Program-made: the position numbers and the translations under genes | Notes under the pieces: model-generated | What the model was told of the DNA's origin: nothing | Databases searched by the model: none | Seen by the model: only the letters and a program-made list of their open reading frames with translations | NCBI GenBank assembly: GCA_033762115.1 | Contig: JANRLX010000080.1 | Coordinates: 1 to 49,815 of the forward strand | Origin: Verrucomicrobiota bacterium | GTDB taxonomy: Bacteria; Verrucomicrobiota; Verrucomicrobiia; Limisphaerales; SXQI01 | Length of the DNA: 49,815 nt | Reading direction: 5' to 3' | In this document: piece by piece, positions 9,812 to 19,549 of the stretch | Position numbering within the stretch: position 1 is the first letter of the stretch | Layout: every line of letters starts with the position of its first letter

Positions 9812-11022
9812 CGCCCTGGTGGGTTGATGATTTCGCTCATTTTGAAAATCGGGAGGAACATACAAATCACGATTCCCCCGACCACCACCCCGAGGAACAC
9901 AATCAGGAGCGGTTCGATCAATGAAGTCAAACCGGACAAGGTCGTTTCAATTTCCTCATCGAGAAAATCAGCGATACGTTCCAGCATCGAATCGATTTTC
10001 CCGGTCTGCTCACCCGCTGACATCATCCGGATGATCATGCTGGGGAACACAGGATGTTTGCTCAATGCCGAGGAAATTCCATCTCCACGCTCGATGTCGG
10101 TCATTGCCGTCCGGATCGCTTTTTCCATCACCACATTGCCAACCGTGTTCGCCACAATTCCCAGCACTTCCAGAATCGGAACACCGGAGCGAATCAGCGA
10201 GGCAAGAGTGCGGGTGAAGCGGGCCAGGCAGATTTTATGGGCGATAATGCCGAAGATTGGCAGCTTGATCCGTGTCCGGTCCCAAAACTCGCGTCCCGGT
10301 TTCGTTTTGATATAGGCAAACCAGCCATACACCACAAGCCCTACCGCCGGCAGGATCAATGGCAGGTTTGATTTCATGAACTCACTCACATTGATCAAAA
10401 ACTGAGTCGGGGCTGGTAGTTTGGCACCAAACCCGGAAAAAATTTCGCCGAAAACCGGCACCACTTTAACCAGCAGGAAAATTGTGATCGAAATCGCCAC
10501 GATCGTCACCACTGTGGGATACATCATTGCGGACTTCACCTTCTTGCGAAGCCGAGCCGTGTTTTCCAGGAAGGTCGCCAATCGCGCCAGAATTTCAGCA
10601 AGCAAACCACCCTTCTCCCCAGCGTCCACCATACATACATAAAGGCGGTTAAAAACCTTCGGATGTTTTGTCAACGCCTGCGAAAAACTATCGCCACCCT
10701 CCACCCGCGTGCAGACATCCTTGATCACATCTCTCATCACCTTGTTGGAAGTCTGCTCCGCCAGGCCTTGCAACGATTGCACCATCGCCAGACCGGCATC
10801 GATCATCGTGGCAAGCTGCCGGGTGAAAACCACGAGGTCAGCCAGCGGCACGCTGCCACCAGCAGTTTTACCTTTGCGTCCAATTTTCTCCTCAATGGAA
10901 ACCACCAGGAGATTCCGATTGAGCAACGATGCGATAGCTGCCTGCTCGTTGGGAGCGTCAAGACTGTTTCGGATTTCGCGACCGGTGCCAGCCTCTCGCG
11001 CAAGATAAATAAACGAAGGCAT
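9808..11022 (-). CDS. pilC: Type IV pilus / T2SS platform protein PilC/GspF
   Basis: FTRQLATMIDAG, MVDAGEKGG, KVKSAMMYP, FTRTLASLIRSGVPI, AGEQTGKIDSML, LIEPLLIV, MFLPIF. Confidence 0.93.
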   Translation of the reverse strand: MPSFIYLAREAGTGREIRNSLDAPNEQAAIASLLNRNLLVVSIEEKIGRKGKTAGGSVPLADLVVFTRQLATMIDAGLAMVQSLQGLAEQTSNKVMRDVIKDVCTRVEGGDSFSQALTKHPKVFNRLYVCMVDAGEKGGLLAEILARLATFLENTARLRKKVKSAMMYPTVVTIVAISITIFLLVKVVPVFGEIFSGFGAKLPAPTQFLINVSEFMKSNLPLILPAVGLVVYGWFAYIKTKPGREFWDRTRIKLPIFGIIAHKICLARFTRTLASLIRSGVPILEVLGIVANTVGNVVMEKAIRTAMTDIERGDGISSALSKHPVFPSMIIRMMSAGEQTGKIDSMLERIADFLDEEIETTLSGLTSLIEPLLIVFLGVVVGGIVICMFLPIFKMSEIINPPGR

Positions 11023-11165
11023 ACTTAAACGACTTACTACAGGTAATATCGACTCGAATCAAGTTTTACCTGAGCACCCCCACAGGGTTTATCGGGGCCA
11101 GGAGTTAGGGCTGACCTGCTGTGCAGGAGAATCTCGTATGGTTAAATCAGATCGATTTAAACGAT

Positions 11166-11735
11166 ATGAATGGATTTCAAGCCATTGCTTGGACAACCAC
11201 CATTATTTTTTTCGCGATAACGTTAACGGGAAATGGGCCGAGCACCTACCGCTTCGCCATCTTTTTCCTGGCTCCATTCCTTTGGTCTATTTATTGGGTT
11301 CGACATCGTCTTCACCTTCACCCTTTTCATTTCGGCTTACTCGCCGCCGCTTTTATTCTGCACAACCTCGGCGCTTACGGATTTTACAAACAGAAGTTCG
11401 CCGGAATTGAATTCGATGCCTACGTGCATTATTATTTTGGTGTCGCAGGCGGGTTTATCGTCGCACGCGCCCTCTGGAAGGAATTTGGATTTACAGGCTG
11501 GAAACTATGGGTGGGCGCCATCCTGCTGATCCTCGGGATCGGAGGCATTCATGAACTTATCGAATATGCCAGCACCCTTGTCCTGGGGCCGGAAAAGGGA
11601 ATGCTCAAGATTAACGATCCGGACAAATTCGATACCCAAAAAGATCTTCTGAACAACCTGCTGGGCACCCTGACTGCGTTGCTCCTCTATACCGTTGCCG
11701 GGAAACGCGCCCGGACTAAAACCAGTTATAGTTGA
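11166..11735 (+). CDS. DUF2238 / YjdF-like inner-membrane protein
   Basis: Multi-pass membrane protein with HNLG, FDAYVHYYFG, HELIEY, DTQKDLLNNLLG. Start at ATG 11166 inferred. Confidence 0.7.
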   Translation: MNGFQAIAWTTTIIFFAITLTGNGPSTYRFAIFFLAPFLWSIYWVRHRLHLHPFHFGLLAAAFILHNLGAYGFYKQKFAGIEFDAYVHYYFGVAGGFIVARALWKEFGFTGWKLWVGAILLILGIGGIHELIEYASTLVLGPEKGMLKINDPDKFDTQKDLLNNLLGTLTALLLYTVAGKRARTKTSYS

Positions 11736-12336
11736 AGCTGATGCTGATCCGCTCCATCTCTGTTGGGTTTGAAGCCACCTCATGCCGCAGCCAGCTCTCG
11801 AACAACACCAGTTTACCCGCTTCTGCCTTGTACTTCACATGCTGCCGGTTGTGCGGCCTGGCATCTGCCCGGCGCGGTGGCGCAGCCATGAACCGGCTCA
11901 ACCGCGGATCTTCAAAACGGATGCTCGAACAGTTCCGCGGCGTCTTGACATAATACGTTCCGCTAACGGTGGAAAGGGGATGCAAATGAAGGCCGTGAAC
12001 CGCATGGCGCGGCATGATATTGATCCAGCAGTCGGTCATTTCCAGTTTGCGCCCGGTCAGGTCAAATTCCAGGTGTCCTGCGAATAGTTTTACATGCTGC
12101 GTGATCCTCTTTTCGAGTTCACCAAACGTGGATGACATCTGGTGCAGCTTGCACAGCGACGCATAGGAAGTGTACCCGCCGGGATAATTCTTCGCCGACC
12201 ACCGTTTTCCCTCCTCATCGAATTCCCGCAGCTGGTAACATTCCTTCAACAGCTCCCGGTTAAACGCTGCGCCGCCGCTTTTTTTCAGCGCCGCATAATA
12301 AATAAATGTCGGAAACCAGGCCTGGATATTCCCCAT
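11716..12336 (-). CDS. TIGR02466-family putative 2OG-Fe(II) oxygenase
   Basis: FPTFIY, GYTSY, CWINI, HLHPLSTVSGTYYV, FEDPR, LFESWLRHEV, RISISFN. Confidence 0.85.
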   Translation of the reverse strand: MGNIQAWFPTFIYYAALKKSGGAAFNRELLKECYQLREFDEEGKRWSAKNYPGGYTSYASLCKLHQMSSTFGELEKRITQHVKLFAGHLEFDLTGRKLEMTDCWINIMPRHAVHGLHLHPLSTVSGTYYVKTPRNCSSIRFEDPRLSRFMAAPPRRADARPHNRQHVKYKAEAGKLVLFESWLRHEVASNPTEMERISISFNYNWF

Positions 12337-12337
12337 C

Positions 12338-13522
12338 TCAACCTTTTCGCACCCGGTTCACGAATTTGGACATCCGCTCCATCGCAACCTGGATCTGCTC
12401 CAGCGAAGTCGCAAAACAGCAGCGCAAATATCCCTCCCCGCTTTCACCAAAAGCGCTTCCCGGCACGCAGGCGACCTTTTCCTCCTGCAACAATCGCAGC
12501 GCAAACTCCTTCGAACTCAGCCCGCTGTTTTGAATCGAGGGAAACGCGTAAAAGGACCCACGCGGCAGATGACACTTCAGCCCCATCTGGTTCAATGAAT
12601 TCACAATAAAATTCCGCCGGATGCGATACTGGTCCCGCATCTCGATGGTGTCCGGTTCCCCATGCAGCAACGCTTCAATCGCAGCTTCCTGGCTGATGAT
12701 GCTCGCGCACAGCATCGAATACTGGTGAATCCGCATCATCGCCTCGATTAATTCCATCGGGCCGCAGGCATAACCGATTCGAAACCCTGTCATCGCGTAA
12801 GCTTTGGAAAAACCGTGCAGAAAAATCGTCCGCTCCCGCATTCCCGGCAAAGACGCGATGCTCACATGCTGCCCTTCAAACGTGAGTTCCGAATAAATTT
12901 CATCCGTGATCACCACCAGGTTATGCTTCAATGCCACCTCGGCAATCTTCAACAAGTCTGTCCGGGTCATCGTCCCGCCGGTCGGATTCGTCGGAAAATT
13001 CAGCATCAATACTTTGCTGCGCGGCGTGATCGCTTGTTCAATCGCCTCCGCTGTCACGGCAAATCCATTCTCCGCCCGGCATGCCACCGGCACCGCCACC
13101 CCATGCGTCAGCGCGATGCTTGGACTGTAGCTCACATAACACGGTTCATGGAAAATCACCTCGTCACCCGGATTCAGCAACGCCCGCAACGCAATGTCCA
13201 GCGCCTCACTGACTCCCACCGCCACCAGGATTTGCGTTTTGGGATCATAACTGATCCCGAAATTTTTCTCCACATTCGCGCTGATTGCCTCGCGCAATTT
13301 CAACAGGCCCAGGTTCGAGGTATAGCCCGTTCTTCCCTGTTCCAGCGCGTAAATGGCCGCCTCACGAATATGCCACGGAGTGACAAAATCCGGTTCCCCT
13401 ACACCGAGCGAAATCACCGAAGCCTGGCTTTGTACAATATCAAAGAACTCCCGGATTCCCGAACGCGGGATCTCGCGAACATGTTTCGCCACAAAGCTGT
13501 TGGGCTGGAATGGAGGCGCCAT
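12338..13522 (-). CDS. PLP-dependent aminotransferase class I/II (YugH/AspC-like)
   Basis: SGIREFFD, SLGVGEPDF, NFPTNPTG, TDEIY, GFSKAYAMTGFRIG, VPGSAFG. Confidence 0.92.
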   Translation of the reverse strand: MAPPFQPNSFVAKHVREIPRSGIREFFDIVQSQASVISLGVGEPDFVTPWHIREAAIYALEQGRTGYTSNLGLLKLREAISANVEKNFGISYDPKTQILVAVGVSEALDIALRALLNPGDEVIFHEPCYVSYSPSIALTHGVAVPVACRAENGFAVTAEAIEQAITPRSKVLMLNFPTNPTGGTMTRTDLLKIAEVALKHNLVVITDEIYSELTFEGQHVSIASLPGMRERTIFLHGFSKAYAMTGFRIGYACGPMELIEAMMRIHQYSMLCASIISQEAAIEALLHGEPDTIEMRDQYRIRRNFIVNSLNQMGLKCHLPRGSFYAFPSIQNSGLSSKEFALRLLQEEKVACVPGSAFGESGEGYLRCCFATSLEQIQVAMERMSKFVNRVRKG

Positions 13523-13629
13523 AATGAGTTTATCTGTTATTTTTGGGTGTTTTTACAAGGTTTTTCATGAAGGCATGGAAATCAGGTGGGGCATAAGCCC
13601 TGCGGAATTCCAGAGAGGAATTCCAGGAA

Positions 13630-14922
13630 TTAGGCGGCGGCCGCGCTTTCTTTGCGCCGAATGATCGGCTTGGCCTGGTCGAGGACCACAGCGCGTGTGA
13701 TCTTGACGGAAAGGATGTCCTCGCAATTCGGCACATCGTACATCACATCGAGCATCAGCTTCTCCAGGAGCCCCCGCAATGCCCGCGCCCCCGTCCCCTT
13801 GCGGATTGCCTGCACCGCCAGTTCCTTCAGCGCGTCCGGCGAGAATATCAGCTCCACTCCCTCCATTGCCATCAGCTTGGCATACTGCTTCGTCAACGCA
13901 TTCTTCGTCTCCGTCAGCACACTCCCAAGCTGTTCCTCCGTCAACTCTTCAAGGACCGTCACCATTGGCAACCGCCCAATAAATTCGGGAATAAATCCGT
14001 AATTCAACAAATCCTCCGGCTCCACGCAGGAAAGCACGCTCCGCGACTCGATCGAAGCCAGCTGCGGATTATTGTCCACTGCGTTAAAACCCACCACACC
14101 ATGCCCAAGCCGCCGTTGGATCACCCGCTCAAGCCCCACAAACGCACCGCCGCAAATAAACAAAATGCTGCTCGTATCCACCCGGATATATTCCTGCTGC
14201 GGATGCTTTCTCCCTCCCTGCGGCGGCACATTGCAGACAGTTCCCTCCAGGATTTTCAACAACGCCTGCTGCACCCCTTCCCCGGAAACATCACGCGTGA
14301 TTGAAACATTCTCCGTCTTGCGGGCGATCTTATCAATTTCATCAATGTAAACGATCCCCATCTGGGCCCGTTTCACATCGTAATCCGCATTCTGCAACAA
14401 CCGGAGAATGATATTCTCCACATCCTCCCCCACATAACCCGCCTCCGTCAGCGTGGTCGCATCCGCTATTGCAAATGGCACATCCAGGATTTTCGCCAGC
14501 GTCCGCGCCAGCAACGTCTTGCCGGAACCGGTCGGCCCCACCAGCAGAATATTGCTCTTTTCGATCTCCACCTCCGCATGAAGATCATTGGCTTCCTTTG
14601 CCGCTTTCGGCGAGAGAGAACCATTCTCCGACTGAAGCCGCTTGAAATGATTGTGGACCGCCACCGCAAGAGTCTTCTTCGCCTGCTCCTGCCCGATGCA
14701 ATGCAGGTCCAGTTGCCGCTTGATCTCGGCAGGCTTGGGAACGGTCAGTTTGACATTTCCTTTTTTGCTTTCTGTCGAACGCAGTTCCTTGTCCAGGACA
14801 TTTTTGCAAACGACGACACAATTATCGCAGATATACACCCCAGGCCCCTGGATCAATTTCTTGACCTCCGCATGCGACTTCCCGCAGAAACTGCAAAGGG
14901 TCAGTTGAGTGGGGCGAGCCAT
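13630..14922 (-). CDS. clpX: ATP-dependent Clp protease ATP-binding subunit
   Basis: CSFCGK..ICDNC Zn finger, [42 protein letters not shown]. Confidence 0.98.
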   Translation of the reverse strand: MARPTQLTLCSFCGKSHAEVKKLIQGPGVYICDNCVVVCKNVLDKELRSTESKKGNVKLTVPKPAEIKRQLDLHCIGQEQAKKTLAVAVHNHFKRLQSENGSLSPKAAKEANDLHAEVEIEKSNILLVGPTGSGKTLLARTLAKILDVPFAIADATTLTEAGYVGEDVENIILRLLQNADYDVKRAQMGIVYIDEIDKIARKTENVSITRDVSGEGVQQALLKILEGTVCNVPPQGGRKHPQQEYIRVDTSSILFICGGAFVGLERVIQRRLGHGVVGFNAVDNNPQLASIESRSVLSCVEPEDLLNYGFIPEFIGRLPMVTVLEELTEEQLGSVLTETKNALTKQYAKLMAMEGVELIFSPDALKELAVQAIRKGTGARALRGLLEKLMLDVMYDVPNCEDILSVKITRAVVLDQAKPIIRRKESAAAA

Positions 14923-14924
14923 GA

Positions 14925-15620
14925 TTATTTCGTGGCAGGGCTGCTGCTGCTTGAATTGCCTTTGTCACTCCCGCCGCCGGACCCCCCCGGCGCCAGATCC
15001 CGCGAACTCCCCTCTCCCAGGCTCGGCACTTCACGCCGGGATTGCACCACATCATCCACCAGCCCATAGGCTTTGGCCTCCTCAGAACTCATGAAATTAT
15101 CCCGGTCACAATCCTTTTCCACCTGCTCCACAGGCTTGCCGGTGTGCTTGGAAATGATGCTGTTCAACCGCTGCTTCAGCCGCAGCATGTAACGCACCCG
15201 GATTTCCACATCACTTGCCTGCCCCTCCGCTCCCCCCAGCACCTGGTGGATCATGATATTCGCATTCGGCAGCGCAAACCGCTTCCCTTTCGCTCCAGCG
15301 CAAAGCAGCACCGCTCCCATGCTCGCCGCCTGCCCGATGCAATAGGTGTTCACATCACAGGTCATGAACTGCATCGTATCGTAAATCGCCAGGCCAGCTG
15401 TCACGCTTCCTCCGGGAGAATTGATATAAAAATGAACATCCTTCTTCGGGTCGGACATTTGCAGGAACAAAAGCTGAGCAATGATTACATTCGCCACTTC
15501 ATCATTCACCGGCGTGCCCAGGAATACGATCCGGTCGATCAGCAGCCGGGAATAAATATCATAACTCCGCTCGCCGCGACCGGTCTGCTCAACAACAATG
15601 GGGACCAGGTAATTTTGCAT
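14925..15620 (-). CDS. clpP: ATP-dependent Clp protease proteolytic subunit
   Basis: [41 protein letters not shown]. Extra Ser/Gly-rich tail. Confidence 0.97.
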   Translation of the reverse strand: MQNYLVPIVVEQTGRGERSYDIYSRLLIDRIVFLGTPVNDEVANVIIAQLLFLQMSDPKKDVHFYINSPGGSVTAGLAIYDTMQFMTCDVNTYCIGQAASMGAVLLCAGAKGKRFALPNANIMIHQVLGGAEGQASDVEIRVRYMLRLKQRLNSIISKHTGKPVEQVEKDCDRDNFMSSEEAKAYGLVDDVVQSRREVPSLGEGSSRDLAPGGSGGGSDKGNSSSSSPATK

Positions 15621-15753
15621 CACTCAAACTTTCTTTTTCCAGTTCGTGCAAACTAACGAACGTCCCTCCTATCGTCAAGCGGCAGCAGCAAGCTCTCCCT
15701 CACCTCTTGCCCCAGCCTTTACATTTTTCCCCTTCTTCCCATCATTCAGCAAA

Positions 15754-17289
15754 ATGAGATCTCTCTTGATCGGCGTGGATAGTGGCACCCAATCCACCAA
15801 GGTTTTGGTTGTCGATGCGAAGAACGGAAAAGTCCTCGGCTCCGCTTCGGAAGCCTACGACCTTATTCCAAAATTGCCCCCCGGCGCCAAGGAACAGCAT
15901 CCTCACACCTGGCGCGAAGCCACCGCCAAATCAATCAAGGCCGCCCTCAAACAGGCCAAAGCCAAAGCTGGCGAAGTCAAAGCGATCGGCATCAGCGGAC
16001 AACAGCACGGCTTCGTCCCCCTCGATAAAAATGGCCAGGTCATCCGCCCCGCCAAACTCTGGTGTGATACCGCCACTGCGCCCGAGTGCGAACAGATCAT
16101 GGAGCAGCTCGGCGGCCTTAAAAAAACCATCAGCGCCCTTGGAAATGCCATCCTTCCCGGCTTCACCGCTTCCAAAATCCTCTGGCTCAAAAACCGGGAA
16201 CCGAAAAATTTCCAGAAACTCGCCACCATCCTGCTCCCTCATGATTACCTGAACTTCTGGCTTACTGGCGAAAAAGTCATGGAATATGGCGACGCCAGCG
16301 GCACCGCGCTGCTGGATGTCAAAAAACGGAAATGGTCCTCTCCCACTCTCAATGCCATTGACCCCTCCCTCGCGTCCAAACTGCCTCCCCTCATCCCCAG
16401 CGATCAACCCGCCGGTCGCCTTTCTCCGGAAACCGCGCGTGAACTCGGCCTCGACACCCAAGTCGTTGTCAGCGCTGGCGGTGGCGACAACATGATGGGC
16501 GCGATAGGCACCGGCAACACCGCCCCCGGCGTGATCACCGCCAGTTTCGGCACCAGCGGCACCATCTACGCCTGCGCGGATAAACCGGTCGTTGATCCAC
16601 AGGGCGAAATTGCCGCCTTTTGCGATTCCACCAACCGCTGGCTCCCGCTCCTCTGCACCATGAACGTCACAGTCGCCACCGAAATGGTCCGTCGCGATTT
16701 TGACCTCGACCATGCCGAATTCGAGGCCGCCGCCAGGGTCGCCCCTGCCGGTTGCGATGGGCTCTTTCTGCTCCCTTACCTCGAAGGGGAACGCACCCCT
16801 AATCTCCCGGATGGCACCGGGGCATTTCTTGGAGTGACTCAAAAAACTTTCACTGCCCAGCACTTTGCCAGGGCCGCAATGGAAGGAGTCACCCTCGGGA
16901 TGAACTACGGCCTTCAACGGCTGGCTGAACTTGGCGTCAAACCCACTCAAATCCGCGCCACTGGAGGCGGCGCAAAATCCAGGCTCTGGCGGCAGATCAT
17001 GGCCGATGTATTCAATGCCGAAGTCGTCACCTTGAAAGTTTCCGAAGGCGCAGCCTACGGCGCTGCTCTTCAGGCGCTTTGGTGCTGGCGCTTGCAAGCC
17101 GGTGAAAAAATCTCCATTCACGAAATCACCCGGCAGTTTGTCCAGGTTAACCGCGCCGAAACCACCCAGCCCCAGCCAAAAAACGTGGCGATCTACCAGG
17201 AATTGCAGCAACTGCAAAACCAGGCCTCACAAAACCTCCGCCCCTGGTTCACCAACCACCGTAAATTCGTCCTTGAACACTCAAAATAA
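15754..17289 (+). CDS. xylB: Xylulokinase (FGGY family)
   Basis: IGVDSGTQSTK, ISGQQHG, AKLWCD, GDASGT, GGGDNMMGAIG, SFGTSG, PYLEGERTP, TGGGAKS. ATG 15754 chosen over the upstream ORF start. Confidence 0.9.
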   Translation: MRSLLIGVDSGTQSTKVLVVDAKNGKVLGSASEAYDLIPKLPPGAKEQHPHTWREATAKSIKAALKQAKAKAGEVKAIGISGQQHGFVPLDKNGQVIRPAKLWCDTATAPECEQIMEQLGGLKKTISALGNAILPGFTASKILWLKNREPKNFQKLATILLPHDYLNFWLTGEKVMEYGDASGTALLDVKKRKWSSPTLNAIDPSLASKLPPLIPSDQPAGRLSPETARELGLDTQVVVSAGGGDNMMGAIGTGNTAPGVITASFGTSGTIYACADKPVVDPQGEIAAFCDSTNRWLPLLCTMNVTVATEMVRRDFDLDHAEFEAAARVAPAGCDGLFLLPYLEGERTPNLPDGTGAFLGVTQKTFTAQHFARAAMEGVTLGMNYGLQRLAELGVKPTQIRATGGGAKSRLWRQIMADVFNAEVVTLKVSEGAAYGAALQALWCWRLQAGEKISIHEITRQFVQVNRAETTQPQPKNVAIYQELQQLQNQASQNLRPWFTNHRKFVLEHSK

Positions 17290-17329
17290 GAATGCCCACT
17301 CCAGCATGGCACCGCCCGCAACTCCCCGC

Positions 17330-17358
17330 TTGAGGTTGGGCCGTCCGCTTGGCACTCT
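17330..17358 (+). promoter_or_regulatory. Putative promoter of trpA-manC (near-leaderless)
   Basis: TTGAGG-N17-CACTCT with a TG extension, 9 nt before the trpA ATG. Confidence 0.4.
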
Positions 17359-17367
17359 CTCCGCCGG

Positions 17368-18168
17368 ATGAGTCGCATCGCGGAACGTTTCAAATCACTC
17401 AAATCAGAAGGAAAAAAGGGGTTCGTGGTCTATATTTCCGCGGGCGATCCCAACCTGCAGGCAACATTTGACCTGGCTCTCGCATTCGATTCGATGGGAG
17501 TCGATGTGTTGGAATTGGGAGTCCCGTTCAGCGATCCTCTCGCGGATGGTCTGGTCAATCAACTGGCCGCACAACGCGGACTGGAATCCGGCACCACTCC
17601 TCGCAAGGTTTTGCAAACGGTCAGGCAAATCCGCGAGCGTTCCTCAATCCCCATTGTCCTCTACATTTATTTTAACCTCATATTCAAGCAGGGTCTCGAG
17701 TCGTTCATCAAGGAAGCAGCGGAAGCAGGGGTGGACGGGTTGCTCGTCCTCGATTTGCCCCCGGAGGAATCGGAGAATTACGAGTTGCTGATGAAGGCGC
17801 ACGGGATGAACAACATTTATCTGATTGCCCCCACCACTCCGGAAGAGCGAATGGCTTATATCGTCAAACGCGGCACAGGATTCATTTATTACGTTTCACG
17901 CGAAGGAGTCACTGGGATGCAGCAGCAGGTCGCCGGCAATATTCATGGAATGGTCCAAAAGATCCGTTCCTGCACACAACTGCCGATTGCTGTCGGCTTC
18001 GGCATTTCAAACCCGGATCAGGCCCGGGCAGTCGCGGATGTGGCCGATGGGATCGTCGTCGGAAGCGCCATTGTCAACCAGATCGCCGAACATGGGAAAA
18101 AAAGTGACCTGGTCCAGCGGGTCCAGGAATTCACCCGCCCGTTAATTAACGCAGTAAAAAGCCGATAG
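17368..18168 (+). CDS. trpA: Tryptophan synthase alpha chain
   Basis: AGDP, LELGVPFSDPLADG, DLPPEE, IAPTT, VSREGVTG, VGFGIS, VVGSA. Confidence 0.97.
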   Translation: MSRIAERFKSLKSEGKKGFVVYISAGDPNLQATFDLALAFDSMGVDVLELGVPFSDPLADGLVNQLAAQRGLESGTTPRKVLQTVRQIRERSSIPIVLYIYFNLIFKQGLESFIKEAAEAGVDGLLVLDLPPEESENYELLMKAHGMNNIYLIAPTTPEERMAYIVKRGTGFIYYVSREGVTGMQQQVAGNIHGMVQKIRSCTQLPIAVGFGISNPDQARAVADVADGIVVGSAIVNQIAEHGKKSDLVQRVQEFTRPLINAVKSR

Positions 18169-18183
18169 ATAGTTTTTAAGGAA

Positions 18184-19305
18184 ATGAAGAAACCGAGTTC
18201 AGATCGTTTTGTCATCATCATGGCTGGCGGCAAGGGAGAACGCTTTTGGCCGGTCAGCCGGGAAAAAACACCCAAGCAACTGATCACCCTCCTGGGAAAA
18301 CGCTCCTTCCTGCAACAGGCGGTGGACCGCGTCCTGCCAGTGGTCCCCTTAAAAAATATTTTTATCATCACCAACGCCGTCCAGGCCGCCGAGGTCCGGA
18401 AGCAGTTGCCCAAATTACCCAAAGAAAATGTCGTCGCCGAACCGGTGGGACGTGACACCTGCGCCGCAGTCACTCTCGGTGCCGCCATTGTGGGATCACG
18501 CTCCACCACAGGGGTCATGGCGGTGTTGCCAGCCGACCATGTGATTCCTGACGACAAAAAATTTCAACAGGTCCTTGCCGATTGTTTTGACCTCGCCTCC
18601 AGGGGACAGGCCATTGTCACCATCGGAATCAAGCCGACGGAACCAGCCACCGGCTATGGCTATATCCAGGTCGGCGACAAGTTGCCCACCCCGGAAAAAG
18701 CGAAACCGTACAAAACCCCATTTTCAAAAGTCGAACGGTTCGTTGAAAAACCGCAGTTTGAAAAAGCTGTCCAGTATCTGGAAAGCGGCAACTACCGCTG
18801 GAACGCAGGGATGTTTATCTGGTCCTTCGTCACCATCACGGAAGGCTTGCGCTCGCACCAGCCGGAAATGGCCGCTGCCTGTGAACGCTGGTTCAAAGTG
18901 GCCAACACTCCCAAATTGAACCGCACCCTCGCCAGGGAATACCCGGAAATCAAAAAAATCTCCATCGATTTTGCCCTGCTCGAGCATGCAAAAAATGTGG
19001 TCGTCGCCGCAGGCGATTTTGAATGGGATGATCTTGGGGCTTGGACAGCGCTCGGACGCCACCTCAAACCGGATCCCTCAGGCAATTGCGCAGTCGGTGA
19101 CCTCGTGCAGGTTGATTCCGCCCGAAACATCGTTTTCGATGCGCGGACAAAAAACCGTCACCCCATCGCCCTCGTCGGGATCAAGGACTCGATCATTGTG
19201 CAAACGGATGATTCCACCCTTGTGGCAAGCAAAGGGGAAGCGCAGAAAATCAAGGACCTGGTTAAAAAGCTCGCCGAATCAAAGCAGCACAGGAAGCTGG
19301 TCTAG
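18184..19305 (+). CDS. manC: Mannose-1-phosphate guanylyltransferase
   Basis: IMAGGKGERFWPVSR..PKQ, EPVGRDT, LPADH, TGYGYI, FVEKP, WNAGMF, WDDLG. Confidence 0.92.
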   Translation: MKKPSSDRFVIIMAGGKGERFWPVSREKTPKQLITLLGKRSFLQQAVDRVLPVVPLKNIFIITNAVQAAEVRKQLPKLPKENVVAEPVGRDTCAAVTLGAAIVGSRSTTGVMAVLPADHVIPDDKKFQQVLADCFDLASRGQAIVTIGIKPTEPATGYGYIQVGDKLPTPEKAKPYKTPFSKVERFVEKPQFEKAVQYLESGNYRWNAGMFIWSFVTITEGLRSHQPEMAAACERWFKVANTPKLNRTLAREYPEIKKISIDFALLEHAKNVVVAAGDFEWDDLGAWTALGRHLKPDPSGNCAVGDLVQVDSARNIVFDARTKNRHPIALVGIKDSIIVQTDDSTLVASKGEAQKIKDLVKKLAESKQHRKLV

Positions 19306-19323
19306 CGGGCGAGCAGTAAAAAT

Positions 19324-19368
19324 AAAAAAAACCGGGTTTCTAAGTCAGGGGATGACCGAGAAACCCGG
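19324..19368 (-). terminator. Intrinsic terminator with a C-rich apical loop
   Basis: Minus strand CCGGGTTTCT-cg-GTCA-TCCCC-TGAC-tt-AGAAACCCGG followed by T8. Confidence 0.75.
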
Positions 19369-19503
19369 GGAGTTTTCAGAATCAGTACTTCAGTAGGCTT
19401 ACGAGGAATTTCGGAAACAGTCGTACAAAACTGCAACCGAAAGCAAACCGGGCTAAAAAGAACAAACAATAACTTCTGCCCGTAAAATCGTTACGTAAGC
19501 TTC
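19324..19503 (-). ncRNA. Candidate small RNA, about 180 nt, family not recognised
   Basis: Intergenic unit bounded by TTGACT-N17-CAAAGT (19538-19510) and the terminator above, with several predicted helices and no credible ORF. Confidence 0.45.
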
Positions 19504-19549
19504 AACACCACTTTGCGGTCACCACATAATGAAGTCAAGAGGGTTTTCC

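Noticed and set aside
13604..13624. GGAATTCC-N5-GGAATTCC repeat/hairpin after clpX
   Set aside because: No U tract and only two copies. At most an mRNA stability hairpin, not a repeat array.
15931..17217. 428-aa minus-strand ORF (similar long ones lie opposite mfd, ahcY and hrpB)
   Set aside because: Antisense to well-supported genes, with no recognisable motifs. Expected in GC-rich DNA.
19302..19470. Short TTG-started open frame on the minus strand inside the candidate sRNA
   Set aside because: It runs straight through the terminator and has no initiation signal or protein-like features.
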